DNA of 64,000 bases from IMG/VR virus record IMGVR_UViG_3300003323_001142, positions 26,297 through 90,296 of that record; one strand, given 5' to 3'. Each line of letters opens with the position of its first letter. The first letter of the stretch is position 1. Below are positions 43,542 to 53,453 of the stretch, in pieces. Below the pieces are notes generated by a model. That model did not search any database, was not told the DNA's origin, and saw nothing but the letters and a program-made list of their open reading frames with translations. This DNA comes from a virus. Both the position numbers and the translations under genes were made by a program.

Positions 43542-44042
43542 GTGGCCGATCCCGCCGGCAAGTACATCACCGCCGCCGATCTTATCAATCGGCTGACGCC
43601 ACAGGTGTACTTGGCGATGTTCGACGACGACAACACGGGCGACCTTTCGCTCGTGAACACCGATGCGGTGCAGCTCGTCATCGACGAGGCCGAAGGCGAG
43701 GTCGATTCGTACCTCATCACCGAGAACCCGATGCCGCTTGCGAGTCTCGCGGGCGGCAAGATCGATCGCCTCGTCAAGACGGGCGTTCTCGACTTCGCGC
43801 AATCGCTTTCGTTTCGGCACCCCGAATACGTCAAGCGGTACGGCGAAGACCCGCGCGCGGATGGACTCTGGGGCCGGGCCACGGATCGCATGAAGCGCAT
43901 TCGGTCCGCGATCCAGCAGCTCCCCGACATCAAGCAACAGACGGGACAGCCGCCGGCCAACGTCGGCGGCATCGTTACCGACGACGGCCCACGCACAATC
44001 ATCACCTCCGCCGACGGCACGAACAACTCAGGCGATTTTTGA
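43542..44042 (+). CDS. Head-tail adaptor (Mu gp36/DUF1320-like)
   Basis: YITAADL..VIDEAEGEVDSYL..MPL. Confidence 0.85.
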   Translation: MADPAGKYITAADLINRLTPQVYLAMFDDDNTGDLSLVNTDAVQLVIDEAEGEVDSYLITENPMPLASLAGGKIDRLVKTGVLDFAQSLSFRHPEYVKRYGEDPRADGLWGRATDRMKRIRSAIQQLPDIKQQTGQPPANVGGIVTDDGPRTIITSADGTNNSGDF

Positions 44043-44584
44043 TGCCCGCCCTCACCCTCGAAATCGAGAACGAGACGGAGTTCCGGCATGCCTGGACTCA
44101 GGCGACCGAGTTCGTCACGCGCGGCATGCAAACGGGCGTCGAGCGGGGCGTGAAGGAGGGCGCCGAAGAGGCTCTCCGCGTCCGGACCTGGAAAGACCGC
44201 ACGGGCGATACCAGACGGGCCATTCGCGGCTTTCTGGAGCGAAAACCCACCGACACTGTGGACGGCATCCTCGAGTGCGCGGTGGCCCACGCCTCGTTCC
44301 TCGACGAGGGCACCGAGGCTCACGAGATCCGGCCGAAGGAAGGCCGGGGCTTCGTCGGCCCGCTGCAGCCCGGCCAGAGCCGGCGAAAGCCGGGCGATGT
44401 CGGGACTCATCGGGTGGCGCTCCGCTGGTACGACGGCGGGGTCGTTCACTTCGCCAAGGTCGTGCACCACCCCGGCACCAAAGGCGACGGGTTCATGGCC
44501 AAGGCTGCCCAGAAGGTCGAGCGCGTCATGATCCGCGAGATCGAAGTCGGAGTCGTGAACGCGCAAGCGCTCTTCGACGACTGA
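44042..44584 (+). CDS. Neck/tail completion protein (HK97 gp10-like)
   Basis: WKDRTGDTRRAI..HASFLDEGT..VHHPGTKGDGFM. Confidence 0.8.
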   Translation: MPALTLEIENETEFRHAWTQATEFVTRGMQTGVERGVKEGAEEALRVRTWKDRTGDTRRAIRGFLERKPTDTVDGILECAVAHASFLDEGTEAHEIRPKEGRGFVGPLQPGQSRRKPGDVGTHRVALRWYDGGVVHFAKVVHHPGTKGDGFMAKAAQKVERVMIREIEVGVVNAQALFDD

Positions 44585-44586
44585 AC

Positions 44587-45306
44587 ATGCCCGACACTTT
44601 CGGCGCGGCACCGCTCCCGTTCGATCCGCCGAATGGCGATGCAGCGGGTCCGGACGAGTCCGTCTCCGATCCCCTGATCGACACGACCCTCGCGTTCTTT
44701 CAGGCCGTCATCAACGACGCGGGCGCAGCAGCCTGGCAAAAGGTCTCCCCTGGCGCGGCGCTGGTTGCAAACGTCCGAACCAACGACCCCGAGGAGATCG
44801 TCTTCAACGAGAAGGATCTCCCGTGTCTCTACCTCTGCCGGACCGGGGGCGACGGCCCGGAATGGCTCGCGGAGGACTACCTCGTAAGCCATGACACGCT
44901 GCGGCTCTTCTGGGTCTTCCCTCCCGCGCGCCAATCGTTCCAGGCCTTCCGGTCTCAGATCCTGAATGGCATCACTAAGGCGCTCGCCGCGGCGGTGCAC
45001 CTGAACCGGCACCCCGCCTGGGTTGATCCGGGCGACACGGACCCGCAGGCGAAGACGTACGGCTCGGTGTTCTCCGATAGGGCCGGCTGGATCGACTTCG
45101 AGCTCGGCAAGTGGTCGAGCAAGGCCATCCGCATCGACATGGCGAACGGCCCCGCGCGCACGTACCCCGCGCTGCAAATGGAGATGCGCGTGACTGAATG
45201 GTTCCGACAGGACCTGGCCAAGTTCGCGCTGCTCGCAGGCGCCGACACCAAGACGACGACGAGCGACGGCGAGATCGTCAACGCTCACACGATCATCACT
45301 TCCTGA
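44587..45306 (+). CDS. Putative tail terminator
   Basis: Position before the sheath; DLPCLYLCR motif. Confidence 0.65.
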   Translation: MPDTFGAAPLPFDPPNGDAAGPDESVSDPLIDTTLAFFQAVINDAGAAAWQKVSPGAALVANVRTNDPEEIVFNEKDLPCLYLCRTGGDGPEWLAEDYLVSHDTLRLFWVFPPARQSFQAFRSQILNGITKALAAAVHLNRHPAWVDPGDTDPQAKTYGSVFSDRAGWIDFELGKWSSKAIRIDMANGPARTYPALQMEMRVTEWFRQDLAKFALLAGADTKTTTSDGEIVNAHTIITS

Positions 45307-45321
45307 CACCAAAGGACAGCA

Positions 45322-45807
45322 ATGCTAACAGCAATGCTCATGGTGTTGCCAAACCCTTGGCACACCGTCGACCATTTCGGGCGACCCGCGGGAGCCTTTC
45401 CCCGGGAGCGCCACGCGAACACGCTCGGGCACCAGGGCTATGTGGGCGCCGTTGCGGTGACCACGACGCCGGAGCCGCGCGCGGCGGGCGACTTGCGTTC
45501 GCCGGAGCAGGATACGTGCTGGCAGTTCTCGAAAGAGCCGGTTTCCGTACCCGATAACAAATACTACCGCGACGCGCTCCGCAGCGGCGAGCTCCTGCCA
45601 GGTGATCTGAAGTCCGCGAGAGCTGCCGGACTCGAGCACCGCGAATACGCAAGCCTGATCGCCGCCGCAAAGATCGCAGCGGAGGCCAAGTGGCGAGCAG
45701 CGTTCGGCGAGTCGCTTCCGGCGGTCGACCCGTTCGCTAAGCCGACACCCGGGGTTCTGCCGCCAGAGTCCCCCGCGGCCCCCGCCTCGTTCGCGGAAAA
45801 GGAGTAA
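45322..45807 (+). CDS. Hypothetical virion-module protein
   Basis: AAGGA SD; YYRDALRSGELLP resembles small pre-sheath Mu gp38-type proteins. Confidence 0.6.
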   Translation: MLTAMLMVLPNPWHTVDHFGRPAGAFPRERHANTLGHQGYVGAVAVTTTPEPRAAGDLRSPEQDTCWQFSKEPVSVPDNKYYRDALRSGELLPGDLKSARAAGLEHREYASLIAAAKIAAEAKWRAAFGESLPAVDPFAKPTPGVLPPESPAAPASFAEKE

Positions 45808-45810
45808 GCG

Positions 45811-47358
45811 ATGTCGAGCATCGTCATTCCGGGTCTGTCAAATACGACCAAGACCCCCAAGTTCTATGGCGAGGTCAAGTACACGGCCGGCGCCATCACG
45901 GCATCGTCGATTCCTCTTCGCGTCCTGCTCGTTGGCAACAAGCTCAGCACGGGTGCGATGACCGCGGACGGTTCGCCGGTCCAAGTCGGGTCCGCTGACG
46001 AGGTGGACACGCAGGCAGGAGCCGGCTCCGAGCTCGCCATGATGGCCTACGGCATGGATGGCAACGGCGGCGCGCTCCAATTCGGCAGCGACGGCATCGA
46101 GCTATGGCTTGGCGCCGTTGCAGAGTCGGCAGGCGCGAAGGCTGCCGCCACGGTCGCCATCTCCGGCACGTGGACCGGCAGCGGAACCGTGACCTACATC
46201 ATCGACGGCTTCCCGATCCAGATCGCGATCAACCCGAGCGACGTGACGACCGACGTGGCCACACGCCTTCGCGACGCCGTCAACGCGATTGCTCGCTTCC
46301 CGATGACGAGCACGGTGGCATCGTCGACCACGACGATCACCGTCCGAAACAAGGGCCCGCGCGGCAACTGGCACTCAATCTTCCAGGACACCACGAGCGC
46401 CCCGGCTGGCTTCGTCTCGACGCTCGGCGGTGGCGGCGCATCGATGACAGGCGGCGGCCTGCACTTCGCTGGCGGTACCACGGCCGACGACCCCACGAAT
46501 TTTATCAACGCGATCGCCTCGACCGAGTTCGACCGAATCGGTCTGGCCTGTGGCGACAACACGAGCGACGCGACCAACCTCGCGAAGTGGAAGACCGGCG
46601 TCAACAACGCTGCGGCGCCGAGCGTCGGCATCTTCGACTTCGTGGTGGTGATGTCCAACGACACGCTCACGAACGCCGCATCGCTGACCGTCACCACGCT
46701 GAACCATGCGCAGTTCGAGCTCCTATGGCAGCTCAATGCCCAGACGCACCCGTCGGTCTGGGCTGCGGTACACGCCGCGCAGCGTTCGGTGGCGGAGCAG
46801 GTCGATCCGGACGCGTCTTACGACAGCGTGACCGTCCCCGGATGCGTGCCCTCGCAGCAAACGGCGGACTACCCGGCGTCGTACGAGACGGCGCTCGGCG
46901 AAGGCGTCACCCCGATCCAGCTCAACACCGACGGCAGCGGGTCGATCGTCCGCGCGATCACCACGTATTCGCGCAACGGGAGCAATCCCGACTACCGCGT
47001 ACTCGACACGAGCCAGGCCGTGGTGCCGGTGCACATCCTCACGCGGCTCAATCTGCTTTGGACCACGGTGTTCAAGCCGAACAACCCGCGCGTGGAAGAC
47101 GACCCGCCGGATTCGGTGGTCGAGCCGCCCGAGGGCGTAGCGACGCCATCGACGTGGCGCTCGGCGATCATCGCGGATCTCAAGACGGCCGAGAAGGGCA
47201 CCGGTTATCCCGCTCCGATCATCTCGGACGTGGATGGCAACCTGCCGATCGTTCAATTCAACAGCGTCGGGAAGTTCCTGGTCGCCGCCGTGCCGGTGGT
47301 CCCCGCGCCCAACAATCACCTCGTCGGCGTCTCTGTACGCAACGTGACGAGCGCGTAA
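45811..47358 (+). CDS. Contractile tail sheath protein (Mu gpL-like)
   Basis: KTPKFYGE..RVLLVGNKL..GAGSELAMM..KNKGPRGN-like..GVTPI..VRAITTY. Confidence 0.93.
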   Translation: MSSIVIPGLSNTTKTPKFYGEVKYTAGAITASSIPLRVLLVGNKLSTGAMTADGSPVQVGSADEVDTQAGAGSELAMMAYGMDGNGGALQFGSDGIELWLGAVAESAGAKAAATVAISGTWTGSGTVTYIIDGFPIQIAINPSDVTTDVATRLRDAVNAIARFPMTSTVASSTTTITVRNKGPRGNWHSIFQDTTSAPAGFVSTLGGGGASMTGGGLHFAGGTTADDPTNFINAIASTEFDRIGLACGDNTSDATNLAKWKTGVNNAAAPSVGIFDFVVVMSNDTLTNAASLTVTTLNHAQFELLWQLNAQTHPSVWAAVHAAQRSVAEQVDPDASYDSVTVPGCVPSQQTADYPASYETALGEGVTPIQLNTDGSGSIVRAITTYSRNGSNPDYRVLDTSQAVVPVHILTRLNLLWTTVFKPNNPRVEDDPPDSVVEPPEGVATPSTWRSAIIADLKTAEKGTGYPAPIISDVDGNLPIVQFNSVGKFLVAAVPVVPAPNNHLVGVSVRNVTSA

Positions 47359-47368
47359 GGAGGCCATC

Positions 47369-47746
47369 GTGGGGCAATCGAGATTCCGGCACTACCCCTG
47401 CTACATCGGCTCCCGTAAGGTCGCTGAGTTCAACGCCGTCGCCTACGATATGGAGAGCGGAGACGAGTTGCAGTTCGGCTCCGAGGGCATCCTCGGTGTG
47501 TCGGACGGCATCGTTACGCTCAAGCTCGAAGGTGACGCCGTCATCCCGGTCCCGGGAACCAACATCGACTTCACGTCGATCTTTCTCGGCAAGCGATACG
47601 TGTCCGTCATGATCCGCGTGAACGGCCGGCGCCATACCTGGACCGGTCGGCTCACCGCCATGAACTTCAATTCGTCGAGCCGCAATGGTGAGGCGAAAGG
47701 GAAATTCACGTTCCTCGGAACGGAAGATCCCAACGTGAACGCGTAA
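47369..47746 (+). CDS. Tail tube protein
   Basis: Follows the sheath; 125 aa, beta-rich; AAGGAGG SD. Confidence 0.8.
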   Translation: MGQSRFRHYPCYIGSRKVAEFNAVAYDMESGDELQFGSEGILGVSDGIVTLKLEGDAVIPVPGTNIDFTSIFLGKRYVSVMIRVNGRRHTWTGRLTAMNFNSSSRNGEAKGKFTFLGTEDPNVNA

Positions 47747-48363
47747 TGGCCAAGTTCAGCTCTATCATCAAAGGCACGCGGGCGACCAGGCAGCAAGAGC
47801 TGCCTCAGCCGATTGGCGCCTCGGAGAACGCAGAGCCCATCAAGGCCCTCGTCCGCGCGCTGAACGGCGTCGAGGAGGCTGCGGCGCTCACCAGTGCCCG
47901 CGCCGACGCGGTGCGCGCGAAGGTCGAGAAGCCGGGGCCAGGCGAGCCGGAATACGACCTCGCGCTCATGGTCCACACCATCGCGCTTGCGTACATGGAT
48001 CCGGACGACGACGAGACGCCGATCTTCGACGGCGGGCCGGACCAGGTGCGCGAGCACTATGGCCGCGAGGCCATCGCGTATCTCTACGAGGTCCAGCAAG
48101 CCTGGCAGGACGACTGCGCGCCGACCGTGGCCAAGCTCGACCCGGTGAGTTGGATCACGGCTGTCACCGTTCTCGGCGGTCCGGACGAAGCGGAGGCCCG
48201 AAGTTTTTTCTCGAAGTCTCGTCCCGGTTTGCAGTGGAGCTTCGTGCGTTCTTTGGCGCTCCTGCATGTGAGCTCAGCTACGCCCAGCTCTCCCTCTGGC
48301 TCGAGCTCCGCCGACGGTGGGGCGAGCGAGAAGAAGAGCACCGAGCCGCAACCCGCAAACTGA
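47746..48363 (+). CDS. Tail assembly chaperone (G); -1 frameshift product (GT) ends at 48386
   Basis: Between tube and TMP; slippery T TTT TTC at 48204-48210. Confidence 0.8.
   Translation: MAKFSSIIKGTRATRQQELPQPIGASENAEPIKALVRALNGVEEAAALTSARADAVRAKVEKPGPGEPEYDLALMVHTIALAYMDPDDDETPIFDGGPDQVREHYGREAIAYLYEVQQAWQDDCAPTVAKLDPVSWITAVTVLGGPDEAEARSFFSKSRPGLQWSFVRSLALLHVSSATPSSPSGSSSADGGASEKKSTEPQPAN
48204..48210 (+). other. Programmed -1 ribosomal frameshift site (T TTT TTC)
   Basis: X XXY YYZ heptamer in the correct phase; the -1 frame is open to TGA 48386, which overlaps the next GTG. Confidence 0.75.
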
Positions 48364-48382
48364 ACGCCCCACCGAGCGACGA

Positions 48383-48940
48383 GTGAGCGGATTTTCTCAG
48401 GCCATCCAGGCGAACACCCGGAAGCCCCCCGGCTTCGTGCTGCTCGAGCCATCGGCCTTTGCCGACGACTGGCAGGACAAGCCGCGCGCTGCGGTGGCCA
48501 TCGGCGTGACACCGCTGTCGGAAACGCAGACGCAAATCGTCAAAGCGAGCGCGGCGAAGATCGCACGCGAGCTCTATCCGGAATCCGAACAGGACGACGA
48601 CGATATCGTTCACGCGTACGAGGACAAGCTCATGACGTTGGCGGTCGCGCGGGCGACCACCGATGCCAACGACGCGAGCCGCGCCTACTTCGCGTGCCCA
48701 GACGACGACGTGCCAGCGGCGCTCACGAGCGGAGCCATTCGACGACTCTGGGATGAGCTAGAGCGGGTGACCATCGCGACGAATCCGAACATGCCGGAGG
48801 CGGACGAGGACGACCTGGCGGAGCTGCCCGAGTTGCTCGGCCATGTCGACGGGCTCACGCGTGCTCGCGGGATCCGGCTGCGCAAGCTCCTCCGGTTCTG
48901 CGTCGATGAGTTGCGCGCGGTGAAGGAAGCGATCGGATGA
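48383..48940 (+). CDS. Second tail-chaperone-like protein (probable paralog)
   Basis: AIGVTPLSE..LMTLAVARATTDAND..YF..IRRLWDELE parallels the upstream chaperone. Confidence 0.65.
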   Translation: MSGFSQAIQANTRKPPGFVLLEPSAFADDWQDKPRAAVAIGVTPLSETQTQIVKASAAKIARELYPESEQDDDDIVHAYEDKLMTLAVARATTDANDASRAYFACPDDDVPAALTSGAIRRLWDELERVTIATNPNMPEADEDDLAELPELLGHVDGLTRARGIRLRKLLRFCVDELRAVKEAIG

Positions 48941-49065
48941 GCGAGGTTCTTCGGGTTGCGCGTGAGATCGCTGCGGAAAGGCCTGTCACCGTTGCGGATG
49001 TGAAGGCGTTCGCGTTGGCTATGGCCAAAGCGGCGACGGAGATGCGACTGTGCAAATCCGTATAA
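48937..49065 (+). CDS. 42-aa pre-TMP peptide (not in ORF track)
   Basis: ATGA coupling; MSEVLRVAREIAAERPVTVADVKAFALAMAKAATEMRLCKSV. Confidence 0.4.
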   Translation: MSEVLRVAREIAAERPVTVADVKAFALAMAKAATEMRLCKSV

Positions 49066-51341
49066 GGGTCGGCGCTGCTCGCGACAGCTCTTTCGACCAA
49101 GTCTTCAAGTCGATCGTCTCCGCCTCCAAAGAGGCCAACGCCCGCGTCACCGCCGACGAGCGCAAAAACATCACTCTTCAAGAGAAGATGATGCTGGAGA
49201 AGTGGTCCCAGCAGAAGATGATCCTCGCGGAGGAGATCCGTGAGACCAGCAAGGTCCACGACCACCAGCGCCGCCTGGAGACGATGGCGGCAAAGACGAA
49301 GCTCCAGCTCCGTGAGCTCGCGGCCAAACAGTCGGCCGACCGAGAACTCGCCATTGCCACGGAGTCGGCCAAAGCGAAGACCGCGATCGAAGTCGCGCAG
49401 GCCAAGGAAGCGTTCCGCAAGACCCGGGAAATCGAGGTCGCCTCAGCGAAGGCGGCCATGCGCGCGCAAGCTGGTGGGCCTGGCAGCGGTGGCCCCGGCG
49501 GCCGTGGGCGCGACTTCGCCTATCGGATGGGCTATTGGGCGAGCCGCAATCTTTCGCCAGTGACGCCGATGCTCGCCTTCGGGCAGCGGATGGCCTCCGA
49601 CATCGTCCGCGGCGCCGGCGTTGACTTCAACTTCGGCAACCTGATTTCGAACCGCGTCCAGGCGGAGAAACAGGCCGTGGCGCTCTCCAATGCCGCGTTC
49701 ATGCCCGGAGCAGAGGGCGCGGCGGGACAGCGGCAGGACCCGCGTACACTGATGCGCGAGGTCAAGGCTGCAGCGGACGCGACCGGGTTCGGCCGCAACG
49801 AAGGGCTCGACGCGCTCCAGAAGTTCGTAGGGGTGTCCGGGGATCTCGAGACCGGTCGAGCGGTCCTCAAGGACATGGCCACGCTCGCTCGAGCGACCGA
49901 CTCGTCGCTTGACGACATGGTCGAAGCCGCGGGCAACGCGGCGAACCAACTCGGCGACACCAAGGACAAGGGCGCGCAGCTTCACGCCATCATGGCGGCC
50001 GTTGCCGGCCAGGGGAAGATCGGCGCCGTCGAGATCAAAGATATGGCCCGGCAGATGGCCGCCCTAGCAGCTCAGGCGCCTATGTTCGGCGGGAACCCGG
50101 CCGACAACATCATGATGATGGGCGTGCTTGCGCAGGAGGCTCGCCAGCGCGGCGGTGCGAAGAGCGCGGCGCAAGCGACGACGGCCGTCACGTCCTTCGT
50201 CAACACGCTCACGAAGGGCGCTCGGCTCAAGGAGATGATGGCCGCTGGCGTCATCTCGAGCCCGGAGGAGATCCGCACGCTCGGTCCGCAAGAGCTCATC
50301 ATGCGGATGCTCCAGAAGACACAGGGCAAAGAGCTGCCCATGAACAAGCTCGTGATGGACGTACAGGCCAAGCGCGCCATCCGAGGCTTTCAGATTCTGT
50401 ACAACCAGGCCGGCGGCGGCGAAGCCGGCATCAAGGCCGTCGCTGCGGAGTTCGATCGCCTGAAGAAGGCGACGATGGGGAATGCTGAGATCCAGGACAG
50501 CTTCAAGGCTGCCATGGATACGACGACCACCAAGGCCCAGCTCTTCCAAAACAAGCTTCAGGACGTGGCCGATTCGATGGCCGAAAAGGCGTTGCCGGCG
50601 CTCGATCGCTTGGCGCCGGTGGCTCTCTCGGTGGTGGGAGCATTGGGCAGCCTGGTCGGTACGCTGGCAGACAACCCGCTCACCGTCATCCCGGTGGCAC
50701 TCGGCGCGGCGATTGCGAAATCGGGCGCCGAGCAGGCGGTCCGCGTCGGTATCGAGAACATCTTCCGCAACTTCACGACCGGTGGCCCTGTTGGCTTAGC
50801 TGGCAACGCTGCGGCCGCCCTCACGATCGCGGCTACCGCAGTCACCATTGCCGAAGTCGGCATGCTCTACATCGACAAGGTGATGGACGATGAGAGCAAG
50901 AAGCAGAGAAAGGCCATCGGCGAGCAGATCACCGCGGTCAACGCGGAATCCGATTACCGGGCAGCACTTCGCGAGTACAACAAAGAGGTGGCCGCTGGCG
51001 CGCCGACTCCGGAAGCGGCAAAGCGGCTCGAGGAAACGAAGAACAAGCTCCGCAGCGCCGCAGAGGGCCTCAAGCCCGAAGAGGGCCCTGGATTTCTGAA
51101 GTCACTCATGGAAGCCCTCCTCAACACGTCCGGCGGACCCATGAACTCGGCCGAGGCCGGATTCGTGAAACCCAACACGGGAACGAATCCAGAAGTCGAG
51201 GCAGAGCAAAAGCGCCGTCATCAAGAGTCGATCGCCGTGCAGAAGGAGTCGGCTCGGTTGCTCGCGCTGATTGCTGGCAGTAACGGACCACTCGCGCCCA
51301 TCGACGGCGGCAATCGCACTGGCGTCATGTCCTCGCCGTAA
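49050..51341 (+). CDS. Tail tape measure protein
   Basis: 763 aa, Ala-rich; DALQKFVGVSGDL..LARATDSSLDDM..GKIGAVEIKDMA core. Confidence 0.9.
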   Translation: MQIRIRVGAARDSSFDQVFKSIVSASKEANARVTADERKNITLQEKMMLEKWSQQKMILAEEIRETSKVHDHQRRLETMAAKTKLQLRELAAKQSADRELAIATESAKAKTAIEVAQAKEAFRKTREIEVASAKAAMRAQAGGPGSGGPGGRGRDFAYRMGYWASRNLSPVTPMLAFGQRMASDIVRGAGVDFNFGNLISNRVQAEKQAVALSNAAFMPGAEGAAGQRQDPRTLMREVKAAADATGFGRNEGLDALQKFVGVSGDLETGRAVLKDMATLARATDSSLDDMVEAAGNAANQLGDTKDKGAQLHAIMAAVAGQGKIGAVEIKDMARQMAALAAQAPMFGGNPADNIMMMGVLAQEARQRGGAKSAAQATTAVTSFVNTLTKGARLKEMMAAGVISSPEEIRTLGPQELIMRMLQKTQGKELPMNKLVMDVQAKRAIRGFQILYNQAGGGEAGIKAVAAEFDRLKKATMGNAEIQDSFKAAMDTTTTKAQLFQNKLQDVADSMAEKALPALDRLAPVALSVVGALGSLVGTLADNPLTVIPVALGAAIAKSGAEQAVRVGIENIFRNFTTGGPVGLAGNAAAALTIAATAVTIAEVGMLYIDKVMDDESKKQRKAIGEQITAVNAESDYRAALREYNKEVAAGAPTPEAAKRLEETKNKLRSAAEGLKPEEGPGFLKSLMEALLNTSGGPMNSAEAGFVKPNTGTNPEVEAEQKRRHQESIAVQKESARLLALIAGSNGPLAPIDGGNRTGVMSSP

Positions 51342-51350
51342 CGAAGTCCC

Positions 51351-52283
51351 ATGCCCGCCTTCGACAGCCTCAAGCGCGCGTCGTTCGACGGCATCGAGTT
51401 CCCTGTGCGTCGGATGACCGTACACGGCTCGCTCCGCTTCCACGTGCACGAGTATCCGCACACGGCCGGCGGTCAGATCGAGACGCTCGGCCGCAAGCTG
51501 TACGAAATCAAGATGTCGGTCCCGATGCACGCCACCTTCCCCGGCTATCCGGATTTGTGGCCGGTGGGGCTCAAGCGATTGCGGACGCTCTTCGAAAACG
51601 AGGAGACCGCAAAGCTCTATATCCCCACGATCGGCGAGATCTTGGCGGTGTGCACCGACTGGCCGGTGACGATGGATGCCAAAGCGCGGTCGGGCGAGGA
51701 CGCTGAGTTCACGTTCCTCGAAGACCAAAGCTCGGTCTTCCTGGTCCAAGGCCTCATCAAAACGCAGGCGGCCAACATCGGCAACGCCAACGACCAGCTC
51801 ACGGCCGTGATGGTTGACGTGCAGACCAATGATCCGGATACGTTCGCGGCCATCCAAGATGACCTGAGTGCCGCCGGTACGCCAACCGACATCTTCAGCG
51901 CCATCCAGGACGTGGCCAACAGCATCTTTGCTGTTCGCGACCAGATCGACGACTTCGGCCTTGCACTCGAGTCGAAGATCCTGAGCCTTGAATCGCTCAT
52001 TGAGCAGGCCGACGCGGTTCTCAGCGATCCCACGCTCTTCCGGATCCACCGAGCGCTGATGGATCTGTGGGCATCCGCAGACCAGCTGCTCCAGGACCTC
52101 CACCAGAAGAACGGCGAGCTCCAGAGCTACCGCGTCCCGCGCACGATGGCGGTCAGCGACATCTCGATCGCGATCTACGGCGACAACAGCCACGGCGTGG
52201 AACTGCTCCAGCTCAACGACATCGACGACGCATTCGCCGTGAAGCCGGGGTCGGTTGTCCGCTACTACCCGGCCGCAGCCTGA
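51351..52283 (+). CDS. Mu gpN-like DNA circularization/baseplate protein
   Basis: ASFDGIEFPV..HEYPHTAGGQIETLGRK..; LysM-like C-terminus. Confidence 0.9.
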   Translation: MPAFDSLKRASFDGIEFPVRRMTVHGSLRFHVHEYPHTAGGQIETLGRKLYEIKMSVPMHATFPGYPDLWPVGLKRLRTLFENEETAKLYIPTIGEILAVCTDWPVTMDAKARSGEDAEFTFLEDQSSVFLVQGLIKTQAANIGNANDQLTAVMVDVQTNDPDTFAAIQDDLSAAGTPTDIFSAIQDVANSIFAVRDQIDDFGLALESKILSLESLIEQADAVLSDPTLFRIHRALMDLWASADQLLQDLHQKNGELQSYRVPRTMAVSDISIAIYGDNSHGVELLQLNDIDDAFAVKPGSVVRYYPAAA

Positions 52284-52286
52284 TCG

Positions 52287-53453
52287 ATGCTATTCGAGCA
52301 GGGAGACCGCGTTCGACTTGTTGTCGACGGGCAGGAGATTGCTGTCGCCGAGTCGTACGAGGTCACCGCTTCGATCCTCACGCAGCCGGCCGCGTTCTCG
52401 ATGCGGCTCGGCCACGGCGGAGTTGCTCGTCAGATACTGAAGCGGTTTCGCCCAAACCTTCCCTTCCAGCTCTACATCGGCGAGCACATCCAGCAATCGG
52501 GTCGGCTCGAGGACCCAGGTGCGGAGAGCTCGGTCGGCGCCACCGAGGTCACGCTCAAGGGGCGGGATCTCCTCGCGGTGCTTCATGACGACGAGTTCAA
52601 TGCCGACACCGCGTTTCAGGATCAGACCTACGAGTCGCTCGTCCGCAAGCAGCTCGACGCGGTGGGGCTGAGCGAGCACAAGCTCGTTACGACGAACGAC
52701 GCCAACCGCCGAATCCTCACCGGCGAGAAGCAGCCGAAGACCATCAAGGCTCCGGTCATCGTCAACAAGCCGCTGACCGACACCGGCGAGAAGGATCTGC
52801 CGCACCAGACGATCCAGGCACGGCTCGGCGAGAAGCGCTACCAGTTCCTGCGCCGCTATCTCGACATGGCGAGTCTATTTCTTTGGACTGCGGCCGACGC
52901 GTCGTTCGTGCTCTCCGCGCCAAACGGCAATCAGCCGCCCATGGCGCGGCTGTCGAAAGCGCGCGGCGAGACGAGAAACCTCGTCAACATTCTGCGCTCT
53001 TCCTACAGCAACGGGACGGCGCACCGGCATCAGCTCTACGAAGTCTATGGCCGCACCGGCGGGCGAAAGGGCGGCCGAGCGAAGATCAAAGGTGTCTTCG
53101 TCGATCAGGAGATGAAGGACTTCGGGTTCGTCAAAACCCGAGCCATTCGGTCGAAGTCGGCTCGCACCGTCGAGCAAGCGGTCGCCATCGCGCGCCGCAA
53201 GTGCGCGGAGGAGCGCCGGCAAGACTGGCGGCTTTCGTACACCGTCGCGGGACACACGACGCCGAGCCTGCTCGGCGGCACCGCAGTGTGGGCGCCAGAC
53301 ACGGTCGTCGACGTGCAGGACGACGAGTTCGGTATCTCGGGCCCGCACTACGTCGAGACGGTCACGTTTCGGCGCGGACCGGAGACGACGACCGAACTCC
53401 AATTGATGCGGATCGAGGACCTCGTCTTCGGTTCCGGGCAGGACGACGACTGA
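52287..53453 (+). CDS. Baseplate hub (Mu gpP/gp44-like)
   Basis: LKGRDLLAVLHD..TVAGH..WAPDTVVDVQDD..TTELQL. Confidence 0.9.
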   Translation: MLFEQGDRVRLVVDGQEIAVAESYEVTASILTQPAAFSMRLGHGGVARQILKRFRPNLPFQLYIGEHIQQSGRLEDPGAESSVGATEVTLKGRDLLAVLHDDEFNADTAFQDQTYESLVRKQLDAVGLSEHKLVTTNDANRRILTGEKQPKTIKAPVIVNKPLTDTGEKDLPHQTIQARLGEKRYQFLRRYLDMASLFLWTAADASFVLSAPNGNQPPMARLSKARGETRNLVNILRSSYSNGTAHRHQLYEVYGRTGGRKGGRAKIKGVFVDQEMKDFGFVKTRAIRSKSARTVEQAVAIARRKCAEERRQDWRLSYTVAGHTTPSLLGGTAVWAPDTVVDVQDDEFGISGPHYVETVTFRRGPETTTELQLMRIEDLVFGSGQDDD

